Of a stretch of DNA of 64,000 nt, positions 36,973-47,591 are shown piece after piece. The position numbers and the translations under genes were made by a program. Positions within the stretch are counted from its first letter, which is position 1. Each line of letters opens with the position of its first letter. A model generated the notes under the pieces. It did not search any database, had not been told where the DNA came from, and saw only the letters and a program-made list of their open reading frames with translations. The stretch lies in NCBI GenBank assembly GCA_001179505.1, contig CDMY01000770.1, positions 203,467-267,466 on the forward strand. Direction: 5' to 3'. Origin of the DNA: Vitrella brassicaformis CCMP3155 (lineage: Eukaryota > Protista > Chromerida).

Positions 36973-39200
36973 CACACAGACACAGATACAGACACAGACA
37001 CAGATACAGATACAGACACAGACACAGACACATGTATGCTTCTTTCCAACCTGACGCACTGACTGCTTTGCTTACTGTGGATCTGACGCGGAATGATGAA
37101 CGCCGACGGTTTCATGCCCATCATCTTCTTGTGGTGCAATCCGCCGAGGGATGGCTGTGCGACCCAGGCGCCCGCATGGCACACGAGCTGCAGTAGCGCG
37201 AAGACACGACCAAAGGGCAGGCAGATTTGCGCCAGTTCGGGTGCCCTCCAAGCGTTCTAGCCCACAGTACATATCTCGGAAAAACCAGGTGATGTGTGTC
37301 ACGCGTGTGATGTGTGTGACGTGTGATGTGGATTCTGTGTAGTGAGGGGCATCTCCGTGTGTGTTCCTATACGTCTCCCCCCAGGTGTTGAGCATATCCG
37401 TGATGCATTCCTGACACACACACACATGCAGACAGACAGACAGACGGACGGACGGACGGACAGAGAGAGAGAGAGAGAGAGATGCATGGCCGCTGTCGAC
37501 CCAACTCCTGGCTGTGTGTGATGTTGTGTGACAGCTGATGCTCACCTTGAGCTCCTCGGCTCCTTTGCTGGCCTGCTCTGCAGTCGTGTTTGTGGCGGCG
37601 AGTATTTTCTTCATGACGCCCAAGTTGGATACGACGGAACAAAGCTGCACCACACAAACACACATACACACACACAAACACACATACACAGACACATACA
37701 CAGACACATACACAGACACAAATGCACCAATAGCCATCCACACGCCCGCGAGTGTCGGCCGGCCGTATGTGTGTGTGAGGGGTGGGTGACTGGGTGGGTG
37801 AGTGCTCACCGGCTCCGTGAGCAGTGCAGTGGTGGCGCCACCGCGTTCCTTGACCTCGTTCTCGGCCATCTGCTGGGCTGTCTGCATCAGATCCTCCACC
37901 TCGGCAGCAAACCTGTACGTACACACATGGCCATATGGCGACAGCGGCAGAGCAGACACGTGTGTGTGTTGTGTGTTCCGTTCTCCTAGCTGTGGGGTGG
38001 CTGCTCACTCACTCACTTAGGCATCTCAGTGGTGACCTACAGGCAGCACACGCACACAAACACAGAGAGAGGATGGCGCCGTCCACAAGTGCATATGGGT
38101 AGGTTGCGTGTGTGTGTGTGGTGGGCGTTGGGTTCGTTACTCACCCTCTGGCACACCCTCGAGTAGTCCTTGAGCGCATCCACGGCCGCCTTGACGTGGC
38201 GGTCGTCGTTGAGCGCATCGACGGCGGCCTCGACGTGCCCATCGACGCCCTTCGACATCACACCACGTTCTCGTCTGCACATACATGCGTCAACACACAC
38301 AGCTCACACATGACGTCTGCGGCCCGCCCCTCAAGGCTCATTGAACACCTATCAAGTCGATGGTGATGCTCTTGTTCTTCGCCGCAACTGCACACACGAA
38401 ACACACACACACACACATGTGAGTTGCTGTGGGTGTCATGGTGTGCGCGTCATGGTATGTGTGTGTGTCACGGTGCCGGTCACTTACGCCTTCGGTGAGT
38501 ACGGGAGCCGCTTGAGCCAGCAAGGCGCATGAGGCCTCCTGCAACATACACACACACACACACACACATATTTGTGTGTCCGTCGGTGTGCGCGTCATTG
38601 TGGTCTGTCTGTGCTGTGTACCACGACTGTGCAACCGACTGCGAACCTGAGGACCACACAGTCAGTCCATAGAGAGAAGGAGGGTCATTCGTGGACTTGA
38701 GGCGATGCATGGATGGATGGATACGGCCTATCTCGAGCTCACCCGTCTGTAGCTGATTGCCGAAGAGACTTCACAATATAATATGCACGCAGCGATAACA
38801 AACCGCCCCCGAAAAACACCCTTGGCTGCAGCCGTTCGGCCGCCTCCTGCAATGCGGACACACAGACCGACAGGAACGGACGGAATCGGTCGGGGACGCC
38901 GCTCGGAGGACACCTGCAGGTGCTCTGCACTCACTGACCTTGGCGAGGCGCTGGTCCCTCTCGGCGCGCCGCCGCGAGTTGCTCCCTTACGCAGCTCTTG
39001 TGTGCGGGAATGATGGAGGGGTGCTGTGCCACCGTCAGGTTGTTCTTGAACGCCGCCTCACTGTAGTCGGGCATCATGGCCTGGAGCTTCGCCGTCCCGC
39101 CATTGCCGAATACGGCTTCTCGCTCGGCGGCATTCTGCCGCTGAATCGTGAGCTGCAGCTGGTTAGTCGCCTGCTGTTTGGCTTTCTTGGTCTTGCCGCC
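34614..39200 (-). CDS. Uncharacterised multi-exon alpha-helical protein gene(s); model unresolved and interrupted by the N gap at 36345-36644
   Basis: Several GT-AG-bounded exons with helical composition, e.g. RFAAEVEDLMQTAQQMAENEVKE, LCSVVSNLGVMKKILAA, VCAVWANIFSIKNLL, HVEAAVDALNDDRHVKAAVDALKD, LEAKRLANENAALKAKIAKLEEQ. I could not phase them all into one chain. Confidence 0.4.
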
Positions 39201-39724
39201 CTTGCAGTAGGGCTGGCTGCGGCCTGAGGCGGGTTGACGTCAATGATATCATCGAGGAGCTCCTGGAGGTCGTGTCGGCCCTTCAATCTTCTTGGCAGGC
39301 ATTGGGAATTCGAACGACAGTTGAAAGCACATTTTTCGTCCCGTCTCGGCCGTCGAGAATTCTCGTCTCCTCGCGAGGACTATCACGGTCTACATATATA
39401 GTGCGCCTGTGCCACTGCTCTGTTTTACGCATGGTGCACTGCACCTCACGAAGACGCAGGACCGAAATCACACAGTCTGTACGCAACGCTGTTTACACAA
39501 GGTGGCTGGGCGCCCAGTCATGACATAAGAAATAGTCTGCGGCAGTGCCCTTTCGTCCAGACAACGCATGGCAGATGAGAAAAAGCCGTCTATACGAAAA
39601 CTCAGGCAGGGCTGCATCAATCACTCAAGCCATCCATATCCACACACGCAGCACAATGCAGTCTCCGCCCCCTCCCTGTCCATCCATATACGCTTCAGCC
39701 AGCCAGGTACGCATGACCCCTGTG

Positions 39725-42286
39725 TCAATCGATCTCCATGTCCACCACGAGAACGGTCCGGGTGAGGTCCACTGGGGGCCTCGTTGGGTCGAAGTCCACA
39801 GCCGTGAACCGCAGATGCCGACCCAACATGGCCTGGGGACGACGCAACACGTCAGCGAGGGGCACTTCCACCTTGCCTGTGACAGACAGACAGACAGACA
39901 GACATGAGATTCTCACGTCTGTCATGTGGTGCCGCCTTGCTGACCGATTGGTTGGTGTGCTCGCAGCATCTCATAGTCCATCAGAGTGAAGCGGAGCACG
40001 AGATCCTTCACGTCGGCTGCCCCAACACGACGCAGACGCGCCTGATTAATTGATGGATGGATGGACAGCACAAGGCACACATGACACATGCAGTGTGTGG
40101 GGCCGTGCGGCGTCGTGTGTGTCATCCGTACGGCTTTAACGGGCAGCACGAGCTCCTCCTCCCATCTTGGCTGCAGTGTGTTGTACCGCACTGTCGTCTT
40201 GGCCACACAGCCCTGACGAGACGACACACGTGCGGACGCACAGTAAGCCGGCCGTTCGTTTGTGCCATTCACCGATCCATCTCACATCCATTGTCGTTGC
40301 CTCGTCCTCCTCCTGTTTGCCCCGATAGCCACCATGAAGTGAAGGCGCCTTGCCAGGCTGATTGATGAGGGAATATACATCACACACGCACACCTACATG
40401 TCCACCCACACACACTTTCCTGCTCGCTCACCCCCACGACGCGAATCTCCACGTAAGGGTCACTTTTGCCTAGCCAGTCAGTCTTGGGCAGATGCATCGC
40501 CTCGACAATTCGCACTCGGACTGTCACGTCATCGCTCACACGCTGCGCGGCCGTCGGTGCAGACGACGACGTCTCTTTTCCTGTGGGCTTGGCGGGCTCG
40601 GCAGCGGGAGGGCTGGATGGAGTGGATGGGGGGAGCCCGACGGGCTCAGCTGGCCTCTCGTGGAGATCGGGAGACAAGGTCGTCTGCGGCGACGCCCGAG
40701 AGGCAGCTTCCTCCTGTCCAACACAGCACCACCACACACAAGCGGAGACAGATGCATTTGTCCCTTTGCACCGGAAGGTGTGTGTGCTGACTGACCGGTT
40801 GCTGTGACGCTGGCGACAGAGTGGGTGGCGTCGTCTCGCCTCGTGCCTTGAGCTTGGCGCACACTGGCCACTGGGAGGGACTCTTGGGACGGCAATAGGC
40901 CAGAGGTAAGGCGTTCTCACATGAAACCGGGGAACCAGCAGCCTGGATGGACACACACAGACGCATCGGACGCAATGTGTACTGCTCTGGCTATGTGTGT
41001 GTTGCCTTCCTCACCCCTCCACACTTGATGCGATGGAAGTGGTGCGCCTCTTCGGTTTCATAATCGCCGCCACCGATGGCCTCAACCTTCCCGCCCACAT
41101 CTGCGTTGACAGGCATCCCCACCGGGAGCTCCTGCACGCTGCTCTCATCCGCCGACACCTCAGGGTCTTCACACGCGCAAAACAGCGACCAAAAGGCCCC
41201 ATACAGCCCGCCAGCTTTGCCCTGCTTGGTCTCCCTTGTCTGAGGCAGTCGGGGCAAACGCGCCACCCGCTCAGGACCAAAGCGATCGATCAGCTTCTGT
41301 TCGTTCTTCTCCCTTTCTGACGGCATTAGAGCGTCCGGCGAGAAGGAGACCTTGACGTGCAGCCGAGAGTCGCTGATGTAGAGAGGCGGCCGCCTCTTGC
41401 CCTCCTGCACATAAGCGTAGCCGTCATGGTCATAGCTGCCGCTGTCCGGCGGGGGCCGGAGGGACAGTGCCTCGGGAAGGCTCCCCCCATGCTGATAGAA
41501 AGGGTCCATGACTATTTTCAGGGGCAGCCACACCTCGCCCACAGGGCATGCGGCCGCGTTCGGGTCGTAATGCATGACTCTGAAGTGGATGAAGAGTGAC
41601 GTTGGGTGGACGGGGAGGTCGGCCAAATGAAAGAAGAGGTGCTCGTGCCACTGCGGGTTGATGGTGGAGGGCCTGTAGTCTGTCCTCCTGGTGCTGTTGG
41701 TGACTGTTTGGCGGGCCAGGTTGAACGCCGGATGGTCTGGCCGAGGCGGTACTTGCACTAAGCGCACCTGAAATGGCATGGCACAACATCGGAAATCACC
41801 TCATTGATTCTGTATTGGGTTGTGTGTGCGGTTGGTTGGTTGGTCTGCCTGACGTACCTCTACATAAGGATTGCATGTGCCGTCCCACTCCATGACGGGC
41901 AGCCGGATGCCCCGCTCGACCACCACGCCCAACACACCCTCCCCCACCCACTTGCCGGTCACCTCACCCACAGCATAGCCCTCCAGCCGCCCCTCAGCTG
42001 CCATCCTGACCTGCCACTCCTTGACCCGCGCCCTCAGCTCATGCCTCATCGCCTGCAGCTGCACCAGTTCCTCGTCGAGCCGCTTGCGCAGGACAGTTGC
42101 CTTCAGAGACCTGGTGTCGTTTGTCAGCTGCCGAATGCGGTCATCCAGGGCTGCCAACTGATCAGGGGCGCTGTCGTAGCCGCTCGCTGTGCTGGGGGGG
42201 GCACCCCAGTGATGTGAGTAGGCCCATGGCAGTGCAAGGCTGTGGTCTGCGGGGAGCCGACTATATTGCAAGGCCTGGCCGTGCAT
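39725..42286 (-). CDS. Protein with a short coiled coil and two C2 domains
   Basis: C2A: GVLGVVVERGIRLPVMEWDGTCNPYVEV...NPQWHEHLFF...FRVMHYD. C2B: VRVRIVEAMHLPKTDWLGKSDPYVEI...NTLQPRWEEEL...FTLMDYE...IGKVEVPL. The start is taken as MHGQ at 42286 to avoid overlap with the opposite-strand gene. Confidence 0.85.
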
Positions 42287-42427
42287 CTTCTTTCGCCAAA
42301 CAAACAGTTTCGATTTCCCGACGGTCTCGTGGCGTAGTGTCGTGCCTGTCGTGCCTGTCTGCTTCCCTGCTGTTTCCTCTTTCTCTAAGCTCGCGAATTC
42401 GCTGAGCTCGCAGGTGGAAGGGAGAGG

Positions 42428-44027
42428 ATGGCAAGAGCGCGTCACATCAGGCCTGCTTGGTTGCCGCACATCGCCTCGACATTGCCGCGCTGCAGTCTGC
42501 CGAATCGACGCTTCTCGAGCGCTGCAGCGGCATCCGTCAGACAGACGGCGTCGGCTACGCCACCTGCGAATCTGCGATTTGCCGTTGGCGGCGACCATGT
42601 GAAGATATTTCCAGCTGGCGCTGAAGATTCGTCCGTATCACTCTCCCACGAGCAACTGCGGGAAAACTGTCGATGCTCTGAGTGCTACATCGGCCTGGCG
42701 CATCAGAGAAAGGGCGTGGAGATCGGCCAAGGCGTCAAGGTCGAGTCCATCCGTCCCCTGCCGGCCGTGCCCGGGACTGGTCATGAGGTGTGGGTGGAGC
42801 TGACATTCTCAGACGGTAAGGAAGGAACATAAAAGAGACCACACGCACACGGATGGATAAGCAGGCTGATGCGCGTACGTCGATTGCTGCAGGTCACCAT
42901 GGCATCCTTCCCATCGACCTGACCCCGCCCTTGCTGCCCACAAGAATCGCAAAGACCCTCTGGCAACACACCCCACAGGCAGCAGACCCCATCGACTACA
43001 CGACCACTCTGCATGACGACGCCCACCTGCTCGCCCTCTATGAGCAGCTGGAGAGGAACGGCCTCGTGAGGGTCTTCAACGCGCCCAGGACAGCGGGGGC
43101 GGTCAAGACTCTGGCTGAGCGTCTTGGCGGCATGGTCCGGCCCACAGTGTATGGCGAGACCTTTCACGTGACGGCCAACCGTGCACCAGACAACCAGGCT
43201 TACACAAGTCTAGCGCTGCCGCCGCACACCGACCTGCCCTACCTTGACTCGCCGCCGGGTGTGTTCCTCTTCCACTGCCGCAGCCCTGCTCAGCAGGTGA
43301 TCACACTGCACAGACCACTCATGCATCGCTGTCCGTGTGTCGACGTCGTGTGTATCTGCGTGCATGTGCACAGGGCGGTGGTCTGTCGACCTACGTTGAT
43401 GGCTTCTATGTGGCGGAGAAGATGCGCCGAGAACACCCGGAGGAGTTCGAGACCCTCACGCAAGTCAAGGTAGGCGTGCCCGACCACTGCGCTGCAGCGA
43501 TTGGCGAGCACATACACTACAACTCTGTGTGCTGTTCAGGTGCCCTTCCGTGACGTGCCCGAGCACCACGAATGGGACCTCATGGCAGGTACCAATCAGC
43601 CGAGAGGGCGACAGCACCTCATCCATGAGCGGCGCCCTTCATTGATTGTCTACCTGCTGTCCTTTCAGAGCACAGCACCATTGCCGTGGAGCACCGCATC
43701 ATCAAGAGGATCACTTTCAACGAGGCCGCCAGATACTCACTCCTGGCCTGGGCCGTCACCACGCCACAGATGGACGCCTTCTACTCGGCCATTCGGACCT
43801 TCAGGCGGCTCGTGAGTGACCCTTCACACACGCACCACATCGCCATGGGTGCGGGGGAGATCACCGTGTTCGACAACCACAGAGTGCTGCATGGGCGGAC
43901 GGCATTCACTGGGGGAGGGCGGGAGATGGAGGGCGGGTATTTGGAGTGGAGCAACGTCAGGGGGTTCATGCGACGGATCATGAGGCGCCACATGGATGGA
44001 ACAGCTGGTGGGTACATGCACACGTAG
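42428..44027 (+). CDS. Gamma-butyrobetaine / trimethyllysine dioxygenase family (TauD-like Fe(II)/2OG), probably mitochondrial; 5 exons
   Basis: GBBH-like N-domain LRENCRCSEC; NQAYTSLALPPHTDLPY (HxD); FDNHRVLHGRTAF (distal His, 2OG Arg); Arg/Ala/Ser-rich N-terminal leader. All exons are in phase. Confidence 0.92.
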
Positions 44028-45000
44028 ACCACTGCACACCAGGACTGGGGAGGGGCATGGCATGGCGAGGGTGATACTGCATGCTGGGGCACTGATTGGC
44101 ACGCCGACAGACATCTCATCGCTTTTTGGATGCACGGATGTCAGCCGTGTTGGGGGTGGAACCACTGCATGTCTGTGCGTGAGGGGTGTGCGTGTACAAA
44201 GAAAGATCGATCGGCTGGCCGGCTCGGAGGAGCGACGACACGATCGCTCTCTCCCCTGCCTGCACAGCCGATGTACATTCCATGTCTGGCCCCTGTCACT
44301 GCTGCGGGACGTGGACGAAATATTCATGAGAATGTTGTTTGTTTGAACCATGTGTGTGAGTTGAATTGCGTGTGGTGGGGTACGGAGGGCACAGTGGTGT
44401 TTGTTCACACGGATATATGATGGACTATGGCGAAGGGCTCGAGTGAACGAAAGCACCAGTGACTTTAATCGATCTATCCGCTGACGTCCGTGTCTCATCG
44501 TCATCTCACAAAGGCATACACGAACAATCATTTCACCACTCTACGCTCTCTAGTAAAAAAGCACAGACAGCAGAGGATGTACCCACACGCACAGAGACTC
44601 ACATCCCCGCCCACGCAGGCATCAAGACGCCACGCCACGTGAAAGCAGTAAACGTAACTAGGTCTGACTGCACAACACAAGAAACGAATCGACAAAGGCA
44701 CTCCAATGGCTGCATAAACACGGCACAGGGAGAGCACCCATCCCTCAAAGCATGCATCAGACAGCATTTGCCCTCAATGCACTGCGCACACGCATCACCA
44801 GGCACCACGTACGTCGCATGTGTCCCATCAACACCGTCAAGAAGGCCTGCGACACCAAAGGAGAGATGGTTGCTGGCATCCCTCTGTTGGCCGTCGCGAA
44901 TCGTCATGACGAAGTGGAAGAGAAAAGATGCGACTCAGGTCAAAACACAGTCGATGCACCCCTCCCCCCATTTCCCGCCTCAGCAGCTGACCAGATAAAA

Positions 45001-46095
45001 TCACTGGATGGATTCGTGCCTCTTGGCCTTCGGCGTCTTGACGCCCTCTTGCTTCAGGTAGCGCTGCACCACTATGTCCTTGCCGCCATTCTTCGGACGC
45101 AGCCTGTAGACAACCATACACACAAACCACAACACACAAGACAACACAGCCATGTGCACACGCATCGCACCCACTCAGCTGTCGTTCGTTCCTCGCCAGA
45201 TTGACTGACTGACCTGTATTCGATGTGGAGCATGTTGCCGTAGGTCTTGTCGGCGATTATGCGCCTGGTCTCGATCATGCTGCCCAGCTTGTCGTGCTCG
45301 CGCACATTCTGGAGGGCCATGTGTGGTCGTTCAGAGCCGTCGATGGGGTAGGGGCCCGCCTGGCATTTGGCGGTCCATACGCCGCAGTCGGGGTCATCGC
45401 AGGGGAAGGTCTCGCCGTCGAGGCGCCACACCATGAGCCGCTCGCTGACCACCGGCAGGTGGGCGATGATGTGCAGGAAGCGGGCGTCGTCCTTCTTGAA
45501 GTCGATCGAGATGGGGAACACCGCGCTGTTCATGACCTTGCGCTTCATCCACGCTATCCCCAGCGCCTTGAATAGCTCCTCGAACGGGTCCGATCGCTTG
45601 ATGACCACCACCCAGCGGCCCACCAGCGCCTGAGCCAGACGCTGCAGAGTGGCCAGGTCGGTGACGGGCGGGGTGCGGGGGTCCACGACGGATGCCACGG
45701 GTGAGGAGGTGGGGGAGGCGGACGTGACGGAGGCGCCCTGGGTCGTGCTCGAGGCCGTCTGGGCGGGCGAGAGAGCTGCACGAACGCAACACAGGGTGGT
45801 GAGGTGACCGGTGTCATCGGCCTTCTCTCTCCTCACCATCGTTGGAGATGGTGCGATGGAGGCGATTGATGGGGGAGGTAGCACGGACGACCACACCGCC
45901 GCCTGAAAGACGCACACGGAACAAGCCCTGTGTCGGTGTGTGCCAGTATGTGGTGCCGACATGTAATCTCTCTCACTCACCCTCGTTGCTGTTTTGTCGG
46001 AGCTCTTCCAGCGTCCGCGAGAGCTCCTTCCTGAGCTCGGGCACATCCTTGGCCACCTCCTCGAGCAGGCAGACCGGAATATCACACGGTGCCAT
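45001..46095 (-). CDS. FABP/calycin-like beta-barrel protein with a low-complexity N-terminal extension, about 4 exons
   Basis: LVGRWVVVIKRSDPFEELFKALGIAWMKRKVM resembles the FABP signature GxW..S.NF.EY.KALG....RK; the following sequence is beta-strand-like and ends VVQRYLKQ. Confidence 0.6.
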
Positions 46096-46207
46096 CTCTG
46101 TAAACGTTGGGAGATATCAAGACCGATGCGAAACGATGAAAAAAGGCAGTAGAGAACTGTTTGGCCTTCCCCGTCGTTTGCTTGTGTTGAAGACACAGAC
46201 GCCGATG

Positions 46208-46230
46208 TCTAGGGTCTAGGGTTTAGGGTT
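46208..46230. promoter_or_regulatory. Telomere-like (T[C/T]TAGGG)3 containing a telo-box (reverse complement AAACCCTA) in a divergent promoter
   Basis: tctagggtctagggtttagggtt lies between head-to-head starts at 46095 and 46311. A regulatory function is inferred only. Confidence 0.4.
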
Positions 46231-46310
46231 GAGAGAAGCTCGCAACGTGTTTCACGCTACCCTAAGGCCCCAGGTCGCCTGCGGGGTGCTGCCTGAAACG
46301 CTGGGGGAGA

Positions 46311-47045
46311 ATGGAGATGCCATATTCGTCGGCGCGAGCATCCCCAAGATCTCATCGTTTCATTCGGCATTTCTTCCTTCTGCTGTCAGCATCTTGGTCG
46401 CTGTTGCCATCTGCAGCCTTCACACATTCAGGTGGCGTTCTACGCGACAGGAGTTCGCTCTCCATCTCCCGCCGGTGTGATTATTCACGATGCGATGAGT
46501 CAAGGCGGCTCCTCCTGAGGCGGCAGATATCACGACGAGCTGCCCAGGCGGCTCTGTCTGATGATGCAGTTGCAGTGTCGGACACACACCCCCCAGCCAA
46601 GAGGGCCCTGACCGATGTTGATGATCACACGTTCTCGTCTGCAGTTCTGAGCGGCAGCAAGACCGTGGTAAGCTCACGCATAAGAGCCTCCCGTAACCAA
46701 CACACCTCAGTGATTACTGAATGCTGTCACTCAGCTGGTGTTCTTCAGCGCTTCGTGGTTCGAACGAGATGGAAAAATGGACACAGGTTGTGACTGTGTT
46801 GTGTCATCAGGTGCGGGCCGTGTAAGCTTGCCGAGAGTGTGCTGGAAGACCTCAGCGACGAGCTGGCGGGGCAAGTCGATGTGTATCGTGTGTGCATAGA
46901 CAGCAGTCCTGGTGTAGCGATAGAGTACAGGATTAGGAGCATACCCACCTGTGTGCTGTTTCGTGACGGCAAGGCAGTTGACAGGGTGGTCGGCGCTGTG
47001 CCGCGGGCCACCATCATGAAGACTTTGAACGCTTACGTGAATTGA
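46311..47045 (+). CDS. Thioredoxin with a bipartite (signal + transit) leader, probably plastid-targeted; 3 exons
   Basis: Spliced sequence LVFFSASW|CGPCKL (WCGPC split by an intron), IRSIPTCVLFRDGK, VVGAVP. The leader FFLLLSASWSLLPSAAF is followed by a Ser/Arg-rich stretch. Confidence 0.9.
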
Positions 47046-47591
47046 TGTCGATCGAGTGTATCAGAGCCATGATACTAAGTGAACAAGTGCACGACACTAA
47101 CACAAGAAGAAAGCTAGCTGAAGAAGGCAAAACGGGGCGCAAGAAGGCAAGTTCTAGAGCCAGAAATCCTTTTGCACATTCCCTATTGGTGCATGTCCCA
47201 GCCGAGAGCACAGTACAGGAGTCGTTCAGCTGACCATTCTTCCCACNNNNNNNNNNNNNNNNNNNNNNNNNNNNNNNNNNNNNNNNNNNNNNNNNNNNNN
47301 NNNNNNNNNNNNNNNNNNNNNNNNNNNNNNNNNNNNNNNNNNNNNNNNNNNNNNNNNNNNNNNNNNNNNNNNNNNNNNNNNNNNNNNNNNNNNNNNNNNN
47401 NNNNNNNNNNNNNNNNNNNNNNNNNNNNNNNNNNNNNNNNNNNNNNNNNNNNNNNNNNNNNNNNNNNNNNNNNNNNNNNNNNNNNNNNNNNNNNNNNNNN
47501 NNNNNNNNNNNNNNNNNNNNNNNNNNNNNNNNNNNNNNNNNNNNNNCCCCCCATGGTGTTGACATCCCTGTTGTTCGACGGCGCCTTTGTA

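Noticed and set aside
36960-37030. (GACACA/GATACA)n and similar arrays as CRISPR-like repeats
   Set aside because: These are simple intronic microsatellites with no spacers and no cas genes.
42287-42598. N-terminal extension of ORF 41801-42598 as a true overlapping gene
   Set aside because: It is the antisense of the GC-rich dioxygenase leader; the downstream ATG at 42286 is more parsimonious.
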